Below the pieces are notes generated by a model that had not been told where the DNA came from, searched no databases, and worked only from the letters and a program-made list of their open reading frames with translations. From an uncultured Acidobacteriota bacterium (GTDB lineage Bacteria; Acidobacteriota; Terriglobia; UBA7540), in assembly GCA_963804995.1 (NCBI GenBank), contig CAWDSK010000005.1, positions 800,001 to 864,000 of the forward strand: 64,000 nucleotides of DNA, written 5' to 3'. Below, piece after piece: positions 30,697-42,037 of this stretch; the first letter of the stretch is position 1; every line of letters starts with the position of its first letter. Made by a program: the position numbers and the translations under genes.

Positions 30697-30824
30697 GAAG
30701 GTGTGAAAAAATACCATTTTCACCGCTGAGTCGCTGAGACGCAGAGAAATGACCCTTTGTTTTCAAACCTCAGCGCCTCCGCGTCTCCGCGGTGAAAGGT
30801 TTGATAGGATTTTTTCACAGCTTC
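30697..30824. mobile_element. MITE-like element with 16-bp terminal inverted repeats enclosing a TTCACCGC...GCGGTGAA hairpin
   Basis: GAAGGTGTGAAAAAAT versus ATTTTTTCACAGCTTC (15/16 complementary). Confidence 0.6.
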
Positions 30825-30886
30825 TCCCGATCAAAACCATCGGGACAGGTGGCGTGCCAGTACAGGGGAATATCCGCCATTCATTA

Positions 30887-31534
30887 TTACTTCCGAGGTT
30901 CAGCCACAAACCCTAGGTAGGCGTTGATCAGACCCATAATTTCGTGGACCACGGCTTCCACATCCTGAGTGGTGCGCCACCAGTGGTCAGGGTCGCTCGG
31001 TTCAGAAGGAGCATAGCGCAGGATGGCCTGGGGGTGATCACCGACGACGAGGCGCCAGATTTTCCTCGACCGGCGAGTGTGGACGGGCGAGGTTACCAGG
31101 ATGATCCTGTCTCCACCCTGGCGATGCAACTCATCCCGAAGCAGTTCGAATTCGCTCCTGGTATTCGTGGCCGGAGGCTCCAGGACGCGGATGGCCGTCT
31201 TGGGAACCCCCAGGCGTTCCAGCACCTGCTCATCGTATTCGTGTTCGGCCGTCTGGTGAACCCCGAGTTTCAATAAGGCTTCGTAGGCCGCGGAGGGCTC
31301 TTCCATGAACAACCACACTTCGGGGGCCAACCCCTGCCGATAAATTTGTGCCGCCTCCATGGAGCGGAAGGGCAAGCGGCCGGAGAGAACTACAATGGCG
31401 CGCGCCGGTTGGAGAGTGTCCTGCACCACCAGCCAGCGGCCCACATTACGGAAGGTCCAGAATCCCACGCCGGCCAGGAGCGCCAGCACGGCGAGCAGGA
31501 TTAGTAAGCGTCGTCCTATGATTTTTGCCGTCAT
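30887..31534 (-). CDS. YdcF/DUF218 family membrane-anchored protein
   Basis: N-terminal TM helix; AIVVLSG; NTRSE; ILVTSPVHTRR. Confidence 0.88.
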   Translation of the reverse strand: MTAKIIGRRLLILLAVLALLAGVGFWTFRNVGRWLVVQDTLQPARAIVVLSGRLPFRSMEAAQIYRQGLAPEVWLFMEEPSAAYEALLKLGVHQTAEHEYDEQVLERLGVPKTAIRVLEPPATNTRSEFELLRDELHRQGGDRIILVTSPVHTRRSRKIWRLVVGDHPQAILRYAPSEPSDPDHWWRTTQDVEAVVHEIMGLINAYLGFVAEPRK

Positions 31535-31551
31535 GCTTGCTTCCAGCTACC

Positions 31552-33904
31552 CTACTTGCTCTTCATCACGTAAACACCGTCCCAACTGCCTTCGGGGGGC
31601 TGGACAAAGAGGTCATGGCAGCGCTTCAGGAAAACGTGGCTGGGGGCGTCCTGCGGATGGTCGCGAGCTAGATCCTCGAAGATCTCGATGGCCGTCTTCC
31701 ATTGACCGCTCCGGTAGGCTTCGAGACCCTTCTCAAAGCGGCCCACCAAATCGCTGTAGCGGGGCAAGTCTCCTGTGAGGCCCAGCAGTTCGTATACCTT
31801 GACCGGCTGTAGTTTCCCTTTCACTCGAATCAGGTCCAACTCGCGCGCCACCACTTGATCCTTCACGTGCGCGAAAGTGCTCTCACTGATGATGAGATTG
31901 GTTCCGAACTGTTTGTTGATGCCTTCCAGGCGCGAGGCCAGGTTGACGCTGTCGCCCATGATGGTGAAATTGAATCGTCTTTTCGATCCCATGTTTCCCA
32001 CCAGCATGGGCCCGGTATTGATGCCCACCCCGATATCCAGGCGCGGCAAACCTCTCGACTCCCATCCCTTTTGCAGGCGCTCCAGACCTTCGAGCATCTC
32101 CAGACCCGTCCGGCAGGCCCGCAAGGCGTGGTCGGCCTGCGGATAAGGGGCGCCCCAGAAGGCCATGATGGCATCGCCGATGTATTTATCCAGGGTTCCC
32201 CAATTCTTGAAGATCAACTCGGTCATTTCGGAAAGATACTCGTTGAGCAGGTCGACAAGCTTGGCAGGCGTGAGCCCTTCGGAGAGGGTGGTAAATCCGC
32301 GAATGTCCGCAAATAAAGCCGTCAGCTCCTTTTCTTCCCCTCCCAAGCGGAGGGACTTCCGGGCTGCTGAGCATCTGAGCAATCAGCCCGGGGTGCATAT
32401 ACTGGGAAAAGGCGGAGCGGACCTTCTTCTTTTCACCCTCTTCAAAGAAGAAGCGGTAACTGACGATACCCGCATAGGTGATCCCCAGCGTCGACATGGG
32501 AAGAAAATCCGCGATCCATATCCTGTACTGGGCGAAGAGATGATAGGTCAGCAAAAAATACAGAACCAGGGAACTGGCCAGGACCAGGGTGGCGCGCAGG
32601 GGGCTGAGGATGCTGATCAGCATCCCCGCTCCCAGGCTGAACAGGATGATAAAGGCGATGTCGGTCAGATGCTCGCGCGGACCGCGCCGGATAAAATGTT
32701 GATAGAGAATATCATCAATCATATTGGCGTGCACTTCAATGCCGGGGAATCCCACCTGTTGGAAGGGTGTGAGCGCGGTGTCACCGATGCCCGTCGCGGT
32801 GGGGCCGATCAAGACCAGCCGGTCACGAAAGAGCGCTGGCGATAACTTGTGACGAACAACGTCTGAAAACGAATAGGTGGGGAAGGTGCCGACGCGGCCA
32901 TCGTAATCAAGCTGGACAAAGCCCTGCAGGTCCGTGGGGATGATGAGCGGGCCCATGTCGATCCTCTCCAGCCCGTTGGGGTTGAAGATCAGCTTTACCC
33001 GTTCCAGCGAGTAGTTGGTGTAGGCCAGGGTCGCGGCCACATCCAGGGAAGGATAGAAGTTGCCCTGGAAGGACACCACGGCGGGCTCGCGGCGGACGAT
33101 GCCATCGGGGTCCGGGATGATATTGAAGAATCCAAAATTCTTGGCGTTGGCCGCAAACTGCGGGAGATTGGGGGAGATGCCTAGCGCTTCCGGAACATCG
33201 GAATTCTTGGCGTATTGCGGGTTGATAATTTGCGGATAGGTTTGGAAGGACAGATAATTCAGGAAATCCTTCAGGCGCTCCTGGTTTTGAGTTTTGGTCT
33301 CCTCGGGTGGAATAACGAAATACCCCAGGATCGCATTGTCGAAGTGGGAAAGGGCATCGGCAAACTGCGTGTCGTTGTCGGCGGTCGCCTGCCGGGACTT
33401 CAGACTGGATTCGAAAGCGGGCGCGCGCGCGGCCCGTGTTACGAGGTGATCGTAATCCTCTTGAACTGACCGTAACGCCTGGAGAGCTGAATTGGCGTCC
33501 ACTTGGGGGAAATTGATATCAAAAGTGATGACGCGGGCATGGGCGCCGCGCAGAAAGTCAACCGCTTGCCCGAAGTAGCTGCGCGGAAAGGGCCAGCGTC
33601 CCAACACGTCCTGGCTCTTCTGATCAATGGCCAAGATCACCACGGCCGGCCCCGGGATGCGCGCCCCACGCAGTTCGAATCGAACGTCGAGCGTCTTCAG
33701 CTCAATGTTGTTGAGGAATCGAAGCAGTGAATTGGGGTGAGGCAGTATGTAGACGGCCGCATAGAGGGCTAGGCTGACGATACAGATCGAGATGCTGATC
33801 AGAAAGGAGTCGCGGTTTCGTGCGCTGAACTCGCGGGCGCGGGAACCGAAATGTGCGAGTTTTCCAAACATCGATAGTTTGAGTTTGCTGCCGCTACCAA
33901 GCAA
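31552..33904 (-). CDS. CHASE2-domain class III adenylate/guanylate cyclase, +1 frameshift near 32355
   Basis: IDQKS..LGRWPFPR, DPDGIVRR, GIEVHAN (CHASE2); three TM helices; LFADIRGFT, DKYIGDAIMAFWGAP, GDSVNLASRLEG; start uncertain (TTG 33904 or ATG 33871). Confidence 0.9.
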
Positions 33905-34124
33905 AACAGTGAAATGCCCAACTCGCTAAAGCAAAAGTTTAGCATATCACAAGGACAAGCGCGGTCGCACCCCATGGAATTCTGTGATGTCAAAATGATA
34001 GATTGGCGGTTGGGTCGGTGCCCGCAGGAACAAGCCAAAATGAAATGCGTCCCGAGGTGGATTCGGGACGCATCGCATGAACAGGGCTACGGAAACCCGA
34101 GACAGGTCTGAATCTTCCGGGGCC

Positions 34125-35351
34125 TCAAGGAACTGGAACTGTGGGGGACGTCACGCCTGGTGCGGTGATGACCACCTCGCCAACTATCAATCCTCCGGCA
34201 GCTCCCGCAGCGCCCCCGATGAGCAAAAGTAAGCCTGTGCCAACCGCGGTGCCGGCAGCCACACCCCCTGCGATTGTGGTTGCGCCGATCATTTCGGCCA
34301 CCGCGGCCGGGTCAAGAAATGGGTCCCCGGGAGCTTCCCCAAATAATATGATCGCGCAATAGTTCTTTTTCAGGGTAACGGTCTTCGTAATATTGGGGTC
34401 GCTGCTCTTGACAATTGTTGTGCCACTCACACCGCAGACCTTGGTTTTATTGCCATCGGTTTCAGCTACGTAGGAGGTGTCAATCGTCCCAATGACCGCA
34501 CTCTTGGTGTGCAATTCGAATTTCCCACCGGGAGTTGTAATCTTCTGCACATCCGCCTGCATTTTCCCCAAGGTTAATTCCAATTCAGTCTGTTGCGTTT
34601 GGGGATCATGCTTAATGACTTTGAGCGTGGAACGGGCGCCCACATTCAAGGTCGACCCGTCGATCAGCATAATCTGTGCCCGCCCCGCTTCCAGGGTGCG
34701 GACCTGATCGTTCCATTTCACCGGATCTCCCAGCTTCAGGGGGATCTCCTGAGTTTGGCCTTGATGCTGGATCACTCCCCGGGGAATCTCCTTGTATATT
34801 TTTCCCGCCACAGGTTGGCCGCCGGCTTGCGGGCCCGCTTCCAAGCGAGCCGCTTGTCCAGCGCGCACGATCAGGGGAGCGCCCATCCCATGGATTTCCG
34901 CAATCCCGCGCTTCACCGAAACGGTGGAAACATTTCCCACCGTCGCCATCTCGCACTCCGCACCGGAATCCGCATCACCTCTTACGAGCACGTGTCCCCC
35001 GGGAAGCACGACTTGCACCGGGTCGGCAATTTTCTGGTCAACGACCATGGTTCCGTGGCGTAGTGCAAGGCTCGGCACAGAGTCGCTGGCGAGCAAAGCG
35101 ACTTGGGTATCAGCCAGCAGGATTGTCGAAGCAGGGGACCGAAAGCGTATCCACGCCGAGGCGCCCTCAGAAGTGGTAACCACGTCCCCGGGCAGAACCG
35201 TGGCCCCGCTGGAAACTCTGGCATCTCCGATTGACACAGCACCTTTGGTCCACAAGACCCCCACCCACTGGGCATTTGGACCCGCCCCAATCAGGGCACT
35301 CGTGACCACCAGGAGGGAAGTCACGACAAGCAGCGATAGCCGCCTTATCAT
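34125..35351 (-). CDS. Secreted protein with two FecR-like domains and a Gly/Ala-rich hydrophobic C-terminus
   Basis: Signal peptide; GDVVTT..A.I.F and DQVRT..GRAQIMLIDGSTLNVG..ST.; KFELHTKSAVIG. Confidence 0.75.
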   Translation of the reverse strand: MIRRLSLLVVTSLLVVTSALIGAGPNAQWVGVLWTKGAVSIGDARVSSGATVLPGDVVTTSEGASAWIRFRSPASTILLADTQVALLASDSVPSLALRHGTMVVDQKIADPVQVVLPGGHVLVRGDADSGAECEMATVGNVSTVSVKRGIAEIHGMGAPLIVRAGQAARLEAGPQAGGQPVAGKIYKEIPRGVIQHQGQTQEIPLKLGDPVKWNDQVRTLEAGRAQIMLIDGSTLNVGARSTLKVIKHDPQTQQTELELTLGKMQADVQKITTPGGKFELHTKSAVIGTIDTSYVAETDGNKTKVCGVSGTTIVKSSDPNITKTVTLKKNYCAIILFGEAPGDPFLDPAAVAEMIGATTIAGGVAAGTAVGTGLLLLIGGAAGAAGGLIVGEVVITAPGVTSPTVPVP

Positions 35352-35702
35352 TGTATAACTCCTTCTTCGCACCACCACCCCGACACCGGCAACCCAAATA
35401 CATACCATTGGGTGGCATTTTAAGCCTTGCGGTATTAGGCCTTTCCTCTCCAATGCATTACCGAATTCTAGTAACAATGGGGTACCATATTGCCGCGAGC
35501 GAAGTCAAGGGTCATCTATCCGAAAACCACATTAAAAACGCCTCCATTCTTGGCTGATTCTCATCGTCCCCTGCATGCAGTTTCAATCTCCTGCCCCTGG
35601 CCCTTCTTGAGCTTTCTTTCGTTGGGCTTAGGGACAGTGCTTACTTGAATTATACCTCGTCAGCACAGGCTGCAAAGAAGTTGGAAACCTGTGCTTTTCA
35701 GA

Positions 35703-37208
35703 TTAGGAATCCAGCGGGTAGATCGGACGTCTGACATTTCGAAACGGGAAGGTTTTGAGATTACTGGAGCAAGGGCCCGGCGTATCCACGGAGTAGCGCC
35801 GTCGCGCGATTGGGCCATAGGCCCGCCAATGCGCCACAGCCGCCTTAACGCCGATCATGTACAGCGTCTCAGGGTTTAAGCCCTGACTTCGCAATTGGCC
35901 CAGATCGAACGGGGGGACCGCCCGGCTGGTCAGAAGGATCCAGATTCCCTCGTGCCGGACGAGTGCAGACGGACCCATGTCGATGTGCATTCCGAAGAGC
36001 GACGCCAAGTGGCTTTGGGGATCTTCAAGGTCAAACTTTCCTTCACTCTTGGAGACCAACTCCACCTCCAACTCAACGGGGGGAGGGTACAGGCTCGATG
36101 CCTGGTTGCCGACTGTAATCTTCGCAGTGGCACCCAAAAGGACATCGCTCAGCGCGCCAACCGCCAGGGGATCGTTGATGACCACCGCAGCGTTTTCGAT
36201 AGAATGTTCCAGGAAGGCCCTTAGCAACCCCGTTCCGGAACCCGGCGCCCCTGCTCCAATATTGTCGGAAGGCTCGGCGATAACGATGGGGCCTTCGCCG
36301 CGCGGGGGTAGCTCTCGCAAGATGTCATCGACGGGCGGATCAAGCACATTCCCAATTTCCTTCCGGCGCAAGCAATCGTCGCGCAATCGGCGCATTTCTA
36401 TGCGTGCGATTTCAGTGTCACCTACGGTGACGGCGCTGAAGCTTACGCCCGTCTCGGGGAGGTCCGCAAAGGCGAATCCCGCAAGCACATTTACCGCCAG
36501 TATCTGGGGATTCCGATTTTCAATTTCTCGTGCCAAGGCTTTGAGAGATTTTATGGGCTCGGTGGCCGTGGCGGTTCCCGTGGGCGGCCACATGACCGGC
36601 GGGTGCTCCCACACGGTCACGGTTTTTTCCCGGGTCCGCATCAGGCGGTCCAACAAGCGCGCCGCATTTTTTGCCGCCTCCTTGGCATCCGTGTGGGGGT
36701 TCTCCCGATAGGCAACCAGCCCGTCACTGTTCGCAGCCATCTGGGCCGTGAAATTCGCGTGCAGGTCAAGGACTCCCACAACCGGGCAGCTCTTGCTGCA
36801 CAGGCCACGGATCCGGGCCAGCACCTCACCCTCCACATCGGGAAAGGACTCCGTCATCATCGCCCCGTGGAGAACCAGCAGGTTTCCGTCTATTTGCTGG
36901 CCGGCAGGGGAGGCAGCCACCAACTTGAATTCATTCCAGAAGACCTCCAAGACTTCGTCCTCTACAATCGGCCCGGGAACCGCGCGCATGTCAATGGCCG
37001 GCAGAATTTCCCAGTGGTTTTCCTCCGCCACCTCAAGAACTCCGGCCAGTGGTGACACATCACCCGCGACACGCAGGAGTTCTTCCCCGCGCAGGATCTC
37101 GAAGTCAGTGAGCTTGGTATGCCCCACGAGAAAACCATTCGTCTCATGAAACAGCCCTGCCACTAGAACCCGCAGCTTCTTAATCTTTGCCTTGGATGGA
37201 TTGATCAT
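35703..37208 (-). CDS. M81 (MlrC) family metallopeptidase
   Basis: HETNGF; LHGAM; DLHAN; YRENPHTD; DNIGAGAPG; VDTPG. Confidence 0.9.
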   Translation of the reverse strand: MINPSKAKIKKLRVLVAGLFHETNGFLVGHTKLTDFEILRGEELLRVAGDVSPLAGVLEVAEENHWEILPAIDMRAVPGPIVEDEVLEVFWNEFKLVAASPAGQQIDGNLLVLHGAMMTESFPDVEGEVLARIRGLCSKSCPVVGVLDLHANFTAQMAANSDGLVAYRENPHTDAKEAAKNAARLLDRLMRTREKTVTVWEHPPVMWPPTGTATATEPIKSLKALAREIENRNPQILAVNVLAGFAFADLPETGVSFSAVTVGDTEIARIEMRRLRDDCLRRKEIGNVLDPPVDDILRELPPRGEGPIVIAEPSDNIGAGAPGSGTGLLRAFLEHSIENAAVVINDPLAVGALSDVLLGATAKITVGNQASSLYPPPVELEVELVSKSEGKFDLEDPQSHLASLFGMHIDMGPSALVRHEGIWILLTSRAVPPFDLGQLRSQGLNPETLYMIGVKAAVAHWRAYGPIARRRYSVDTPGPCSSNLKTFPFRNVRRPIYPLDS

Positions 37209-38331
37209 TGCGGTTCAGGTCCGCTCCCTTCATCCCACGACCACGACTCGCTGGCATACCCGGAGGTCTCAAAATGTTTAAGCCGCTCGCGGTCAATCTC
37301 AGACCCAATCCCGGCGTGGTGGGAACCGCCAAGTGTCCTTCCGAGTTCAAGGTGAAGCGCGAGCCGCCGAGGTCTTCGACCAGGGGGTTCCCCACGTTGA
37401 ATTCCACAAACGACTTCGAAGGCAGCGTGGCTACCAGATGAACGTCAGCCGCCACCCCGACGGCCGTATTCCAGCCATGCGGCACAAGTTCGATACCCCG
37501 CTGCTCCGCCATCCAGGCGATGCGCCGGATTTCCGAGAGGCCGCCCACTTTGGCAACGTCCGGCTGGACAATATCCATGGCGCGGCGATCAAAGTAGGGT
37601 ATGAAAGATTCGCGGCGCGTCAGCACTTCGCCGTGCGCAATCTTCACCGGTGAGAGGTCGGTCAAGCGCGCGTAACCCTCCAGGTCATCCGGCGCCAGGG
37701 CCTCTTCATACCAGTAAACACCATAACCTGCGAGCATCCGGGTTCTCTCCAGGGCATCCTTGAGCCGATGTTTCCAGTACGGAGTGCTGCCCCCGGCGTC
37801 GATGAGCAGGGTCATATCATCGCCCCCCTCCCGACGGGCCGTCTTGATCAGCTTCTCATCCTCCGCCAGGCTCCCCTGGCCGAAGGGTTCCCACCCCAGT
37901 TTGATGGCGTGGAAGTTCCTTGCCTTCATGGCCTCAATGCGGTCCGGTAAGCTCTCCACGGGACCAAAGAGAACGGAGCCGTAAGCGGGGACAGTGGAGT
38001 GATAGGCGCCCCCCAGCAGAACGGAGACGGGCTGCTCGTAGAATCTTCCCCGCCAAGTCCCAAAGCGCGATGTTGATTCCGCTGATCGCATGGGTCATGG
38101 CCCCGCCACGGCCGAGCCAGAAGGTAATGCCGCGCAGTTTCTCAGTCAGTCGCTCGATCTAAAGCGGATTTTCTCCCACCACGAAACGCTTCAGCCACTC
38201 GACGCCCCGACCACTTGCCCTTTGTGGGAGTAACACGCGCCCCAACCGGTTAAACCCACGTCGGATTGTAGTTCCACGAAGACGTGAAAATTCCTGTCAG
38301 GCGTGTAGACCGTCCAGTCCGTTATTTTCAT
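37205..38331 (-). pseudogene. Mandelate racemase/muconate lactonizing enzyme (enolase superfamily), disrupted
   Basis: MKITDW.. start at 38331; AISGINIALWDL, IKLG, LIDAG, WYEE, HGE, QPDVAKVGG, PHGW; in-frame TAG at 38159-38161 and frameshifts near 38205, 38045 and 37300; restored stop overlaps the M81 ATG. Confidence 0.75.
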
Positions 38332-38449
38332 GGCTTGGCGTTTCTCCGTTGTCCGTGCCCATCCTCAAACACTTGATTTTGAATGCAGGCTACGGGATTG
38401 GCAATACCTCTGTGCACCGATTTCGCGTCCGCGCTAAAGCCGGGCCCTC

Positions 38450-40455
38450 TCACTTCAGGTGGCCGTCGAACCACTCGGACGCTCGCCGCATGATGTCGTG
38501 GCGGTGCTCGGGGCGAACGACGTTATGGCCCTCGCCGGGATATATCACCAGTTGTGTCTCGACGTTCAGCACCTTAAGGGCGTGCCAGAATTCGAAGGAT
38601 TGCGGTGGTGGGCACCCGCCGTTGCGCTCGCCGACCATCATCAGAGTGGGTGTCTTTACGTTCTTGATGAAGTTAATGGGAGAGCTCCGAGCGTAATCTC
38701 CGGGTTGTCGTATACCGAAGCGCCAAAGAAGGGCATCACCCACTCGGGGATCTCGTTCTGGCCGTTATAGCTCTGCCAGTTGGCGATGCCGGCTCCTGAC
38801 AGGGCGGCACGGAAGCGGTTGGTTTGGGTCACGGCCCACATGGTCATGAAGCCGCCATAGCTCCAGCCGGCCAGCCCCACGCGGTCGTTGTCCACCGGGA
38901 AATTCTTCACAACATGGTCAACACCAGCGAGGATGTCTCGAAGGTCGCCGTAGCCAAAGTCCTTGACGTTAGCGCGCGTGAAGGCCTCGCCCTGACCGAA
39001 GCTCCCGCGTATGTTCGGCCGCAACACAAAATATCCCTGATGAGAAAGAAGTGTGAAATCGAAGAAGGTGAGCGGCCAACGGGGACGCGCCACGGAGCCC
39101 GGGCCCCCGTGAATCTGCACAACCAAAGGGTAGCGGCGCGCGGGATCGTAGTTGACGGGATAGGTCAGCCAACCTTGGATCTCAAAACCATCACTCAACC
39201 AATGCAGGCTTTCGTCTCTCCCCCAACTGGGGCGAATTCCCTGGTTGCCGTGGGTGATTTGCTTCCATCCCCCGATGGGGCCGGCCCACACTTCCTGGGG
39301 CTGGGAACCGGATTCACGGATTACGGCGGTGGTTTGGCCATCCCTTGACAGCGAAACGGCGGGAACGCGCGTGCCGGCTGCAGGCAGATCGGAGAGAGTT
39401 TCCGGCCCGCTCCAGAGCAGGGTAACCTGGCCCCTCGAAATCCCTAGCTTGGCAATCCCGCACCCACCGTCCAACGTTTCAAGGAAGAGGATCTCGTCAC
39501 CCCCTCGCCAGGCGAGTGAGCTTGCAGAGCCTTTCAGGTCGGGCGTGAGGTTCCGAGCTTCGCCACCCGCGGCGGAAACCTGATAGATGTCGCCTCCCAC
39601 CGCGCCCTCGTCACTCATCAGGCCGCCGATGAAGGCTATACTCTTGCCATCCCGGGACCAGTGCGGCGCGGCGATTTGCATTGGCGGCTTGTAAATGGGT
39701 TTGGTCTCGCCGGAGACGGCGTCCACGATGTAGACTTTTGCCCGATACCAGTTGTTGTCGGGTTCGCCTGGCGCGGCGATGGCGACAAGCCTTTTTCCAT
39801 CCGGTGACCAATCGTATTCATAAACGTTCAGGTCCGCAGGCGAGAGCTGGCGTATGCGCCCCGTGGCCACATCCACTGTGGTCAGGCGCGGCGAGTAGAT
39901 TTTCCCTCCTATCGCCCCCGTAGCTGGCTGCATGGGCTCCATGGGGCCTGGCTTGCGGGGAGCGTTCTCGATGAAGAGCAGCGCCAGGATCTTGCCGTCT
40001 GTCGACCAACGTAACGTGGTGAGTGAGCCCTTAAGGTTAGTCAGCTTCCGGGCAGGGCCGCCCGCAGCGCTCGCAATGTAGACCTGGGATTGTCCAGGAG
40101 TCTGCCCGTCCGAGAGAAATGCCAGCTCATGGCCGTCGGGCGACCAGGCGATATCGGAACAGGCGGCCCCGGCAACTCCTGCTGCGATTCGCTGCGGCGG
40201 CGTGGCCGGTGACGACAAGCTCGAGACGTAGATGCCGGAGTCCGCAGTGGGCGCGCCCTGGGCTTTGTGCATGACTTCGACCCACGCCACGCGCTGGCCA
40301 TCGGGTGAGATTGCAACCTCCCGAAATTCCGCCATGGCAAAGAGAGAATCGAGGACTGCGTCCAGGGAAGATTTCTGTGTTGCGGCGCCGATGACCGCCG
40401 TCGAGGCCAGAAATGCCAGAAGAAAGGCGAGGTGTCGCCCCGTTCTGTTGAGCAT
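38450..40455 (-). CDS. S9 family (acylaminoacyl/dipeptidyl) peptidase, -1 frameshift near 38695
   Basis: Signal peptide; SPDG propeller repeats; IHGGP; GWSYGG; YPGEGH; the expected catalytic Asp appears as Asn (GERN). Confidence 0.88.
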
Positions 40456-40784
40456 GAGTAGGCTCCTCAGATTCAAACAATCGCTAACCTGCCAAGCCGG
40501 CCATCGCTCCGGACGCATCGCCTGACCGGGCTCACCGCCACTGCAAGATTCGCATCTCGATATCAGCATGGGTTCCGCGCAGCATCGTACCTCCGGCGGC
40601 TCCACGGTTCAAGCTCCGGCAGCCTGGCGCGGGTGAATTGCGGTGCGTCCGGAATGATCCGCAAGATGGCATCGTAGCCCCGCCACCCGGCGGTCCGCGC
40701 CGCGAAATCCCCGCTCACTGTCATTCGCACCTCCGCAGCAGATGCACTACAATAGACTTCTGAGCTTCGCAAAGGAGACCAACC

Positions 40785-41861
40785 ATGCCTCAACGCGAGC
40801 GTGTTCAGTGGGCGCAACTTCGGGTCGGTATTATGGTAATTGTCAGCCTCCTCCTTTTTGCCGTTGCGGTCTTTTTCATCAGTGGCCGGATAGGGTTCTT
40901 CACCAGCCGTTACACTCTCAAAGCTTACCTTTCCGGTGCGGGAGGCCTGCGCGACGGCGCGGAAGTGCGCCTGGCGGGGATTGCCGTCGGCAACGTATCG
41001 AAGATTCAAATCTCTCCCTACAACGACCCGAAACGTGCCGTGGAGCTTGATTTGAAAATTGTGCGCGATTACCAGAAGCAGATACGCGAAGATTCGGTGG
41101 CGACGGTTGAGACGCTCGGCCTGTTGGGCGACAGCTATGTGAACATTACGCGCGGCACGCCCGCCCAGGCCGTCATCCCGCCGGACGGTGCGGTGAGGAC
41201 CTCCGAGAAAGCCGACATCGCCGCGGTGGTGCAGAATACCAACGATGTCATCCTGAACTTGCGTACTCTCTCCACCCAGCTTGAAGACATTACCACGCAG
41301 ATTCAGGCCGGCAAGGGTTCCATGGGCAAGCTGATTTACGACCAGACGCTTTACAACAAGTTGGATGCCTCCGCCAACAGCGTGCAGAAGCTGGTGGACC
41401 AGGTGCAGAGCGGCCAAGGCACCTTGGGTAAACTCATGTCCGACGAGACGTTGTATAACCGCACCGTGGCCACCCTCAACCGCCTGAACGAAGTCATCGA
41501 TGATGTCCAGCACGGAAAAGGAAGTTTGGCCAAGTTCATCTCCGATCCCTCGGTTTACAACAATCTTAATAGGCTTATGGCGAATACCAATCTCTTGATA
41601 GATAACGTCAATCAGGGCCACGGATCGCTGGGTAAGCTGGCCAAGGACGAGCAACTTTACAACCACATGAACGACACCTTCGCTCACCTGGATACGGTCG
41701 CGACACGCATGGATCAAGGCCAGGGGACGCTCGGGAAACTATCGACCGACCCCACCCTCTTCAATAACTTGAGCGCGAGCTCGCAGTCGCTGAAGGAATT
41801 TCTGGAGGACTTCCGCAAGGATCCCAAAAAGTATTTGAGCATCAAACTTCATATTTTCTGA
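40785..41861 (+). CDS. MlaD/MCE family protein with five 34-aa helical repeats
   Basis: N-terminal TM; GLRDGAEVRLAGIAVG; GLLGDSYVNI; GxGsLGKL..D..LY x5. Confidence 0.9.
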   Translation: MPQRERVQWAQLRVGIMVIVSLLLFAVAVFFISGRIGFFTSRYTLKAYLSGAGGLRDGAEVRLAGIAVGNVSKIQISPYNDPKRAVELDLKIVRDYQKQIREDSVATVETLGLLGDSYVNITRGTPAQAVIPPDGAVRTSEKADIAAVVQNTNDVILNLRTLSTQLEDITTQIQAGKGSMGKLIYDQTLYNKLDASANSVQKLVDQVQSGQGTLGKLMSDETLYNRTVATLNRLNEVIDDVQHGKGSLAKFISDPSVYNNLNRLMANTNLLIDNVNQGHGSLGKLAKDEQLYNHMNDTFAHLDTVATRMDQGQGTLGKLSTDPTLFNNLSASSQSLKEFLEDFRKDPKKYLSIKLHIF

Positions 41862-42037
41862 TGGCTCCAGCCTTCACAGGCGCTCGCACTGCTTTTACCG
41901 GGTGGCCACAGTCTCGCCGCGGCGACCTGCCTGATTGCGGTTCCCCAAATCCCGGAAAAAAGCGCACTCCCCCCTGCACACAACCGTGGTAGCATCCCGG
42001 ACGCGGGTCGAGCGAACTTTCTTAATAGGGGGGAATA

